The notes beneath the pieces were generated by a model. It was given only the letters and a program-made list of their open reading frames with translations. It had not been told where the DNA came from and made no database searches. Of a stretch of DNA of 13,721 nt, positions 7,172-13,721 are shown piece after piece. Position numbers and translations under genes: made by a program. The stretch is from an uncultured bacterium (GTDB lineage: Bacteria; AUK180), in the NCBI GenBank assembly GCA_964453935.1, contig CAYVPX010000017.1:1-13721 (forward strand), in the 5' to 3' direction. The number at the start of each line of letters is the position of its first letter. Within the stretch, counting starts at the first letter, position 1.

Positions 7172-8602
7172 ATGATGGATAAAAATGAGATTGAGAAATT
7201 GGTAAGAAAGGTCGTAGATGAATTCGTTAAGGAGGGCGTAGCAATTTCAAATTCGCAAAATGCTATTTCATCAAAAGAAGGAATATTTTCAAATATTGAT
7301 GATGCTATTACGGCAGCAAGAATAGCACAGAAGGACATTGAAAAACTTCCCCTTGATATAAGAAGCAAAATCGTTGACAATATGAAAAAGGTGGCACTTG
7401 AAAATGCCGATATGCTTGGAGAAATGGCTGTTGAGGAAACTGGAATGGGCAGAATGCCGGATAAAGCGGACAAGGTAAGGTTAGTTGCTAATAAAACACC
7501 TGGGGTTGAAGATGTAAAACCCATGGTCTATACGGGTGATCACGGAATGGTACTTGAAGAAAGAGCACCTTACGGGGTCATAGGAAGTCTTACACCTTCC
7601 ACCAATCCCCCATCTACGATTGTAAATAATGGGATCAGTGCCATTGCCGGTGGTAATGCCATTGTTTTTAATCCGCATCCGGCGGCAAAGAATGTTTCAA
7701 ACAAGACCGTTCAATTAATGCATCGTGCAATTATTGATGCAGGGGGACCAAAAAACCTTATCTGCAGTATTGAAACGCCTTCACAAGAAAGTAGTGAAAA
7801 GTTAATGAAACATCCGTATCTTAATCTACTCTTGGCAACAGGCGGGGAGTTCATGGTACATCTTGCAATGAATTCGGGAAAAAAGACCATTGTAGGAGGT
7901 CCGGGAAATCCGCCCTGTCTTGTTGATGAAACGGCGGACATATCCAAAGCCGCAAAGGATATCGTCATCTCTTCATCATTTGATAATAATGTGGTTTGCG
8001 TCCTTGAGAAGGAGGTCTTTGTCGTAGAATCCGTTGCAGATCAACTTATCTCTGAGATGAAAAAACACAATGTTTATGAAATAAAGGGTGACGATATAAA
8101 AAGGGTTACAGATCTTTTAATTGCAAAAGATGAGGGCACGGGTTACAGGGTTCCAACTATTAATAAAAAATATGTTGGAAAAGACCCATATATTATTCTT
8201 AAAGATGCGGGTATCACTATTCCTCAGAATACACGGCTTGCCATTATGCAGGTTAATTGGGACCATCCCATGGTGCAGGTTGAGCAACTTTTACCCGTAC
8301 TGCCCATTGTAAGGGTAAAGGACTGGGAAGATGGAGCCATGCATTCTCTTGAAACGGAACATCATTACAGGCACACCTTTATAATGCATTCAACAAATAT
8401 TGATAGATTATCATATATGGCAAGAGAATGTGATGCATCTATCTTTGTAAAGAATGGTATGTCCCTGCAAGGTCTCGGATATATGGGCGAAGGACCTACA
8501 ACAATGACCATCGCTACTCCGACAGGAGACGGTATAACAACAGCAATGACCTTTACAAGACGCAGACGCTGTGCATTAATAGATAGGTTCAGGATAGTAT
8601 AA
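7172..8602 (+). CDS. CoA-acylating aldehyde dehydrogenase (EutE/PduP family) with N-terminal encapsulation-peptide-like helix
   Basis: The EutE/PduP-type catalytic region FDNNVVCVLEKEVFVVE contains the active-site Cys, and the characteristic C-terminus TFTRRRRCALIDRFRIV is present. The N-terminus MMDKNEIEKLVRKVVDEF closely resembles the PduL N-terminus. RBS GGGAGAGAG is upstream. Confidence 0.9.
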   Translation: MMDKNEIEKLVRKVVDEFVKEGVAISNSQNAISSKEGIFSNIDDAITAARIAQKDIEKLPLDIRSKIVDNMKKVALENADMLGEMAVEETGMGRMPDKADKVRLVANKTPGVEDVKPMVYTGDHGMVLEERAPYGVIGSLTPSTNPPSTIVNNGISAIAGGNAIVFNPHPAAKNVSNKTVQLMHRAIIDAGGPKNLICSIETPSQESSEKLMKHPYLNLLLATGGEFMVHLAMNSGKKTIVGGPGNPPCLVDETADISKAAKDIVISSSFDNNVVCVLEKEVFVVESVADQLISEMKKHNVYEIKGDDIKRVTDLLIAKDEGTGYRVPTINKKYVGKDPYIILKDAGITIPQNTRLAIMQVNWDHPMVQVEQLLPVLPIVRVKDWEDGAMHSLETEHHYRHTFIMHSTNIDRLSYMARECDASIFVKNGMSLQGLGYMGEGPTTMTIATPTGDGITTAMTFTRRRRCALIDRFRIV

Positions 8603-8610
8603 AGAGTACA

Positions 8611-9927
8611 ATGCAATTAAATGATATTCAAAAAGCAGGGATTATTGGGTGTGGCGGCGCAGGTTTTCCCACATTCTTCAAACTTAAAAGTGAGGTTGAA
8701 ACACTCATCATAAACGGTGCAGAATGTGAACCGCTTCTGGAAACAGACAAAGAAATATTAAGGAACCATTTGGATATGGTTATTGAGGGGATTAAGACAG
8801 CAAAAGAACTTATAAAAGCGAAAGAGGTTTTTTTGGGTGTTAAGGAATACTATAAAGATCTTATTGAATATCTTAAAGAGAATGAAGAGGGATTCAAGGT
8901 ATTTCCCCTTGAGAATATCTACCCCATTGGTGATGAACAGCTTCTTGTTAAGGCTATAACAGGGAAAATAATCCCCGAAGCAGGGCTACCTCTTGATGTT
9001 GGAGTGGTGGTTCAAAATGTTGAAACAATCTATCATTTGGGAAGATTAAAAAAAGAAAACGAGAATTTTACTCATAGATTCGTTACTGTTAACGGCGAGG
9101 TTGAATTCCCATTTGTTGCGTATGTGCCCATTGGAACACCTGTTTCAGAATTATTAAATATTGCGAAACCCAAGATCCTATTAACGGATGCCAAGATAAT
9201 TGACGGCGGACCCATGATGGGTAAATTTATTACAGAGGAAGATTTTATAAAAAAAACAACCTCGGGTATCCTGGTAATTCCCAAGGAGCATAAATTGATC
9301 AGACAAAGGACACGGGATATTGACACCATAAAAAAGATATCAAGATCTGCCTGTATTCAGTGCAGAAGATGTACGGATTTTTGTCCGAGATATTTGAACG
9401 GTCACAGAATCGAGCCGCATAAGTGGATGAGAAATCTTGCTCTTGGAGAGGTACTTCCCAATGAAATGGCAAATATTTGTAGCGAGTGCGGTGTTTGCGA
9501 ACTTGTAGCATGTCCCATGGATATTTCCCCTAGATTGGTGGCACAAATAATGAAAAAACAGATGGCAGATAATGGTATGAAAAATGAGCATTATCACAAT
9601 AAGCCGGAGAAAAGCCGCGATTTTGCTGAATTAAGGAAGGTCAATACATTGAAATTAATGGAACACCTTGATATTGATCAATACAATGTTCATCCACACC
9701 TTGAGAAATTTACCATTGAGCCGGAAACAGTAAGAATATATTTGAACCAGCATATTGGAAAACCGGCAGAATCCAATGTAAAGATCAATGATAAAGTGAA
9801 AATAGGTGATGTTATAGGAAAATGCAAAGAAGGTGAGCTTTCCGTTTATTACCATGCCTCTATCTCAGGTAAGGTGGTATCTGTTGAAAATAATTATATT
9901 GATATAATAAATGAAAAAAATAGTTGA
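8611..9927 (+). CDS. PduS-like RnfC/NuoF-family flavoprotein with two [4Fe-4S] ferredoxin motifs
   Basis: The N-terminus AGIIGCGGAGFPTFFKL...INGAECEPLL matches the PduS/RnfC NADH-binding signature (GxGGAGFP, AECEP). Two CxxCxxCxxxCP motifs are present: CIQCRRCTDFCP and CSECGVCELVACP. The length of 438 aa is similar to PduS. Confidence 0.85.
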   Translation: MQLNDIQKAGIIGCGGAGFPTFFKLKSEVETLIINGAECEPLLETDKEILRNHLDMVIEGIKTAKELIKAKEVFLGVKEYYKDLIEYLKENEEGFKVFPLENIYPIGDEQLLVKAITGKIIPEAGLPLDVGVVVQNVETIYHLGRLKKENENFTHRFVTVNGEVEFPFVAYVPIGTPVSELLNIAKPKILLTDAKIIDGGPMMGKFITEEDFIKKTTSGILVIPKEHKLIRQRTRDIDTIKKISRSACIQCRRCTDFCPRYLNGHRIEPHKWMRNLALGEVLPNEMANICSECGVCELVACPMDISPRLVAQIMKKQMADNGMKNEHYHNKPEKSRDFAELRKVNTLKLMEHLDIDQYNVHPHLEKFTIEPETVRIYLNQHIGKPAESNVKINDKVKIGDVIGKCKEGELSVYYHASISGKVVSVENNYIDIINEKNS

Positions 9928-9938
9928 GGTAAGTAGTT

Positions 9939-10499
9939 ATGACTTTTAGAAATGCCATTGCCCTTGTTGAATTTAACAGTATTGCACATGGGATCGCCTT
10001 TGCAGATGAGATGGTAAAGGGCGGCAATGTTAAGCTTCTTGACAATTATCCCACATGTCCGGGGAAACATATTGTCATTGTTTCCGGAGATACTGACGCA
10101 GTAAAACAAGCGGTAAAAAATGGATTTACGGTAGGGAAGGATTTCGTTCTTGAGTACTCCATCATCCCAAATGTCCATGAAGATGTGTTAAAAGGAGCAA
10201 TGGGGATCCCATCTGTTTCATTGAATGATATAGATGCCATTGGTATCGTTGAGAGCTTTTCAATAATAAAATGTGTAGAGGCTGCAGATATGGCTTTGAA
10301 GGAATCTCAGGTAAAATTAGTGGACATGCGGCTGGGAAAAGCACTTGGTGGAAAAGCATACTTTATTCTCACCGGAGCGGTTGGAGCAGTAAAAAGCAGT
10401 GTAATGGCAGCAGTGGAATTCTTGAAGGAAAATACAAATTTGGTACAGTTCAAGATCATACCTGCTCCGGCAGATGAACTAAAAAAAAGTCTTTTATGA
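9939..10499 (+). CDS. BMC-T tandem-BMC-domain shell protein, PduT-like, with the conserved pore Fe-S cysteine
   Basis: 186 aa with two BMC domains (ALVEFNSIAHGIAFADEMVKGGNVKLL... and IGIVESFSIIKCVEAADMALKESQVKLVDMRL...). The N-terminal half aligns to Salmonella PduT, including the TICPGK motif, seen here as YPTCPGKH. Cys40 (nt 10056-10058) corresponds to the [4Fe-4S] ligand of PduT. RBS GAGGTAAG is upstream. Confidence 0.85.
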   Translation: MTFRNAIALVEFNSIAHGIAFADEMVKGGNVKLLDNYPTCPGKHIVIVSGDTDAVKQAVKNGFTVGKDFVLEYSIIPNVHEDVLKGAMGIPSVSLNDIDAIGIVESFSIIKCVEAADMALKESQVKLVDMRLGKALGGKAYFILTGAVGAVKSSVMAAVEFLKENTNLVQFKIIPAPADELKKSLL

Positions 10500-10509
10500 G
10501 AGGTAAAAA

Positions 10510-11124
10510 ATGAGAATTGCAATAGGAAGTGATCACGGTGGATTTGAATTAAAAAGAAAATTGGTCCCATTTATTGAATCCTTGGGGCATGAGGTCAGTG
10601 ATCTTGGAACATACACACCCGATTCTGTGGATTATCCCGACATTGCTGCAATTGTTGCATATGAAGTCGCAAAGGGTAATTATCCTTTTGGTATACTTAT
10701 CGATGGAGCCGGTATTGGCTCTGCCATTGCTGCAAATAAAATAAAAGGTATTCGTGCAGCCACGGTGAACAATATTTTCATGGCACAAACCGCAAGGGAG
10801 CACAACAATTCAAATATACTGGTTTTGGGAGCAGGACAAACAGGTGAAAATCTAATAAAAGATATTATCAAAATTTTTTTAAGTACACCATTTGCAGGTG
10901 GGAGACATGAAAGAAGAGTTAATAAAATCAGTAAATTAGAAGAAGCAAATCTTAAAGAGATTGAGAAATATACCAGTCCACCTAAAAAATTGATAACAGC
11001 CGACGATATTCGTTCGGCAAGTAGAAATGGCGAAAACATTCTTTATTACGTGAAGGGTGCCATTATAACTGAATTGGCTAAAGAAACTGCATTTGATCTT
11101 GGAGTGAGGATCGTAGAAAGATAA
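10510..11124 (+). CDS. RpiB/LacAB-family sugar-phosphate isomerase (ribose-5-phosphate isomerase B-like) fused to a ~60-aa C-terminal extension
   Basis: Residues 1-~140 align end-to-end with E. coli RpiB (IAIGSDHGGF, DYPD, GILIDGAGIGSAIAANKIKGIRA, REHNNSNILVLGA, GGRHERRV). The position of E. coli catalytic Cys66 is Asp65 here (GAT 10702-10704). Residues ~141-204 (SKLEEANLKEIEKYTSPPKKLITADDIRSASRNGENILYYVKGAIITELAKETAFDLGVRIVER) are extra relative to canonical ~150-aa RpiB. The stop overlaps the next start (TAATG). Confidence 0.85.
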   Translation: MRIAIGSDHGGFELKRKLVPFIESLGHEVSDLGTYTPDSVDYPDIAAIVAYEVAKGNYPFGILIDGAGIGSAIAANKIKGIRAATVNNIFMAQTAREHNNSNILVLGAGQTGENLIKDIIKIFLSTPFAGGRHERRVNKISKLEEANLKEIEKYTSPPKKLITADDIRSASRNGENILYYVKGAIITELAKETAFDLGVRIVER

Positions 11125-11390
11125 TGTTCTTGGCAAAAGTAATTGGCAAGGTTGTTCTATCACATTCCGAAGAGCAGATGCCTAAGTATAAACTTTTAAT
11201 TATTCAACCCATTAATGAGAAAGGAGAAAATACTGATGTTCCTCAAATCTCAATGGATATTGTGGGTGCCGGACCCGGGGAAACGGTGCTCGTTACCATC
11301 GGAGATGAGTCAATGCTCGGTTTTTTACCTGAACAACCGCCTGGGGATCTTTGCATTATAGGCATTGTTGATGACATAGGATTGGAATAA
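11124..11390 (+). CDS. BMC-P pentameric vertex protein, paralog 2
   Basis: 88 aa. AKVIGKVVLS...KLLIIQPI...DIVGAGPGETVLVTIGDES has the EutN/CcmL fold signature. It is TAATG-coupled to its flanking genes. Confidence 0.85.
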   Translation: MFLAKVIGKVVLSHSEEQMPKYKLLIIQPINEKGENTDVPQISMDIVGAGPGETVLVTIGDESMLGFLPEQPPGDLCIIGIVDDIGLE

Positions 11391-11668
11391 TGTATATTGG
11401 CAAGGTCATAGGTTCTGTTACCGTCTCCAAAGGAGAACCCGGACTAAAAGGCAAGAAACTCATAATCATAATGTTCCTTGATGCTAATGGCAAGGAAACG
11501 GGTAAGTACAATATTGCTGTAGATAAAATGGGTGCCGGATTTCATGAAACCGTATTATTGGTAAAGGGTAAAGAAGGAGTTGACATGCTTACAGGTTATA
11601 AACCGCCGGCAGACCTTACTATTTGCGGTATTATTGATCTTATAAATCATCCGAAAGATGGGAAATAA
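11390..11668 (+). CDS. BMC-P pentameric vertex protein, paralog 3
   Basis: 92 aa. GKVIGSVTVS...KKLIIIMFLD...DKMGAGFHETVLLVKGKEG. It is divergent from paralogs 1 and 2 but shares the pattern. Confidence 0.8.
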   Translation: MYIGKVIGSVTVSKGEPGLKGKKLIIIMFLDANGKETGKYNIAVDKMGAGFHETVLLVKGKEGVDMLTGYKPPADLTICGIIDLINHPKDGK

Positions 11669-11671
11669 ATT

Positions 11672-12322
11672 ATGGATTTAGGTTTTTTTATTTTTTTGAC
11701 AATTTTTGTTCTTATAACAGCAATTATTTTTATTGCAAGGAAGGGAGGGTTCAAAACAACCGAGAAAATTAAAGAGTTGTGGAAAGCAAACGGAATGGAT
11801 ATTCGCTTACTCGAACAAAAATTTCTGGGTATCTCCAAAAAGAAAGTAATTGCAATAAAAAGAGAACAAAAGTACTTAATAGTGGGAATGAACTGGGTGG
11901 TTAGTTCAGGAAGGAATCAAATACCATATTGGGGTATCGGTATCTTTACACATAGCGAGGTCATGAAATTTTCAATAACAAGGAGAAGACCTACTTTTTT
12001 AGATGGGAAGAGGATCAAATTAAATGATCCCGAACTTGATAAGATGCTCGTTTTAAAATGCAAGGATGAGGACTGGTTCAGAATGTACTTTAACGAAGGA
12101 GTGTTAATGGAATTTGCTCATACCATTCCCAAAAATACAATAATATCCTATGAAAAGAAATCACCTGTGAATATAAATAGTATTTTAGAGGAATTGGCAT
12201 ATGATCCCTACGAGCCCTTTATTATGGTAAAAAGAAGAGAGATCGCAGCATACTCTAAGGTATTTAATGAAACAATCGGTGTTGCTGAAAAACTCGCAAA
12301 AATATTTTTACATATTAGATAA
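11672..12322 (+). CDS. Hypothetical N-terminally membrane-anchored protein, tightly coupled to the BMC operon
   Basis: 216 aa. One N-terminal TM helix (LGFFIFLTIFVLITAIIFIA) is followed by a ~190-aa soluble domain with no motif I recognise. It starts 4 nt after the BMC-P3 stop. Its AT-rich codon use matches the flanks. Confidence 0.6.
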   Translation: MDLGFFIFLTIFVLITAIIFIARKGGFKTTEKIKELWKANGMDIRLLEQKFLGISKKKVIAIKREQKYLIVGMNWVVSSGRNQIPYWGIGIFTHSEVMKFSITRRRPTFLDGKRIKLNDPELDKMLVLKCKDEDWFRMYFNEGVLMEFAHTIPKNTIISYEKKSPVNINSILEELAYDPYEPFIMVKRREIAAYSKVFNETIGVAEKLAKIFLHIR

Positions 12323-12538
12323 GGTCCATTAGTCAATAATTGAAATAAATACTAAATGCTTAATAAAAAGGAGATAATATCACTGAATTACAGATATTCA
12401 GGGGATAAGGAACAAACAATTCATGAAATGTGATAAGGAGAAAAACTTATGGATACTATAATACAAACTTTATTCTCAAATGTAAATAGGCTTTTCTGAA
12501 AAAAGAATCAACTAAAATGGGGATGAGCAATAATTAGT

Positions 12539-13721
12539 TTATCTCGTTACTATTTTAAAAAATATCAGATTATTGGATGAAAATAAAGTTTTTGAGCTAT
12601 ATTGAAAATTATGATTTTTACGATTTCTGTAATGATAGTTTAAATATTTTTCTAAAATCGATATAAGTTTTTTCCCTATATCTGAGTTTTGTGTAACTAT
12701 TACAATATCCTTTCTGGTAATATTTTTCATTAAGTCTCTTCCTGAACTAAACCTATAATTTTTTAAAGTTTTATAATAAAATTCAGATCGTATTGTCCAA
12801 CCTATTGGTATAATTTTATATTTTTCAAAATTTTGGTATTCATGTAAAGGGCTAGCACCCTTTAATTGTTGCCACAAAGGGGCAATAGATAGAAATATTT
12901 TATCCGGGCCATAAATAGAATTAAATTTTCTAACTGAACTTTGAGCCATTTGGAATTGATTACTTGACCGAACATTTAAATTTTTTAAATTAATAAATCT
13001 TTTAATGCTTATTGGTAGCATTAAAATAATAAGAATAAGAAATATAAATTTTTCAATTTTAATATTTTCATACTTTGTAATTTTAAATGAAAAAATAATT
13101 AATCCCAAAACTAGAACATATAAAGGGTAGTTAATTCTTGTTCGAGATCTGATCATTATAATAAGGAAAATACCAATGAGGAGATAAATAAAATATGAAA
13201 TAAAAAAAATAATGATCCTTTTATTTATTTTTATTTTCCAAGACCTGATGATATTATATAGAAAAATTAAAATTGCAAATATACAAGGGAAAATAATATA
13301 TAAATAATTTCTCAAACTAACAATTGTTTTTTTTATTTCGCCCCACCAAATAAATTTTAAAAGAGGAGTTTGCCCTTTTGAATTTATTTCAAGGAAATTT
13401 TTAAATTTTTCAATGGAAAAAATTGTTTCATCATGTAAAAAAGAATACATTCCTAAAATATAATCTTCCTTAATCCAATTAACTGATGATAGTGCCATGG
13501 GGGTATTTTTATTAAAACCACCTCCAAAAAAATCGTAAAATTTTACTCTAGCATTATTATATTTTATAAATTTTGAATCTCTAAATTGTCCATTGATATT
13601 TGAAACAACAATTATTGTAATTAACAATACTCCAAAAATGATAAAAAATCGTTTCCAATTTTTAAATATAAAAAAGGTTAAACATATCGGTAATATATAT
13701 ATAGAAAAATATAATATTAAT
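12539..13721 (-). CDS. Polytopic integral membrane protein of unknown function (5' end outside window; the annotated start at 13627 is an internal TTG)
   Basis: The minus-strand frame stays open from stop 12539 to the window edge (…LILYFSIYILPICLTFFIFKNWKRFFIIFGVLLITII…). The codon at 13625-13627 is TTG, and hydrophobic segments continue upstream, so the gene is probably truncated by the window. There are at least 6 TM segments and a C-terminal soluble region. No family recognised. Confidence 0.5.
   Translation of the reverse strand, partial: LILYFSIYILPICLTFFIFKNWKRFFIIFGVLLITIIVVSNINGQFRDSKFIKYNNARVKFYDFFGGGFNKNTPMALSSVNWIKEDYILGMYSFLHDETIFSIEKFKNFLEINSKGQTPLLKFIWWGEIKKTIVSLRNYLYIIFPCIFAILIFLYNIIRSWKIKINKRIIIFFISYFIYLLIGIFLIIMIRSRTRINYPLYVLVLGLIIFSFKITKYENIKIEKFIFLILIILMLPISIKRFINLKNLNVRSSNQFQMAQSSVRKFNSIYGPDKIFLSIAPLWQQLKGASPLHEYQNFEKYKIIPIGWTIRSEFYYKTLKNYRFSSGRDLMKNITRKDIVIVTQNSDIGKKLISILEKYLNYHYRNRKNHNFQYSSKTLFSSNNLIFFKIVTR

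Noticed and set aside
7147-11163. Numerous 60-125 aa ORFs on the minus strand and in alternative plus frames across the BMC operon
   Set aside because: All are nested in, and antisense or out of frame to, strongly supported BMC genes. None has an RBS or recognisable motif.
5911-11668. Higher GC content of the BMC operon (~40%) than the flanks (~25-30%) as evidence of recent horizontal transfer
   Set aside because: Third-codon positions in the shell genes are still predominantly A/T, as in the flanks. The GC rise is largely explained by Ala/Gly/Val-rich conserved proteins. It is not convincing as a compositional island on its own, although HGT of BMC loci is common.
12323-12538. Possible intrinsic terminator in the convergent intergenic region (cttttctgaaaaaag near 12495-12510)
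   Set aside because: The stem is only ~5 AT-rich base pairs and has no following U-tract. I could not find a convincing GC-rich hairpin plus T-run on either strand.
1-13721. CRISPR arrays, tRNA/rRNA genes, riboswitch-like structured leaders
   Set aside because: There are no direct-repeat arrays and no tRNA-like T-arm or anticodon signatures in the intergenic regions. No GC-rich structured leader lies upstream of any operon.

Overview
The window is AT-rich (roughly 30% GC by eye) and densely coding, probably from a low-GC, likely anaerobic bacterium. There is no rRNA, tRNA or CRISPR array. It has three parts. (1) 33-2228, minus strand: a membrane-spanning Ser/Thr protein kinase with C-terminal PEGA repeats. 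It is followed by a divergent intergenic region (2229-2640) that holds a degraded IS4/IS5-family transposase fragment (YREK motif) and two sigma70-like promoters. (2) 2625-5777, plus strand: a tightly overlapping four-gene membrane-lipid module. The genes are a DedA-family membrane protein, a HisC/CobD-family PLP enzyme, a CDP-alcohol phosphatidyltransferase and a LicC-family cytidylyltransferase. (3) 5911-11668, plus strand: a complete-looking bacterial microcompartment (metabolosome) operon. Its genes are PduL, one BMC-H, three divergent BMC-P, a CoA-acylating aldehyde dehydrogenase, a PduS-like RnfC-family Fe-S flavoprotein, a PduT-like BMC-T with the conserved Fe-S cysteine, and an RpiB sugar-phosphate isomerase carrying a C-terminal extension. 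A membrane-anchored protein of unknown function is tightly coupled downstream (11672-12322), and a convergent polytopic membrane protein (12539 to beyond the window end) follows. The BMC locus is the most interesting element. It has an SPU-like (sugar-phosphate utilising) core with a PduS-PduT redox pair and no B12 enzyme, but no aldolase signature enzyme or regulator lies in the window. I assigned functions by recognising family motifs in the translations (listed per feature). I ran no database searches.
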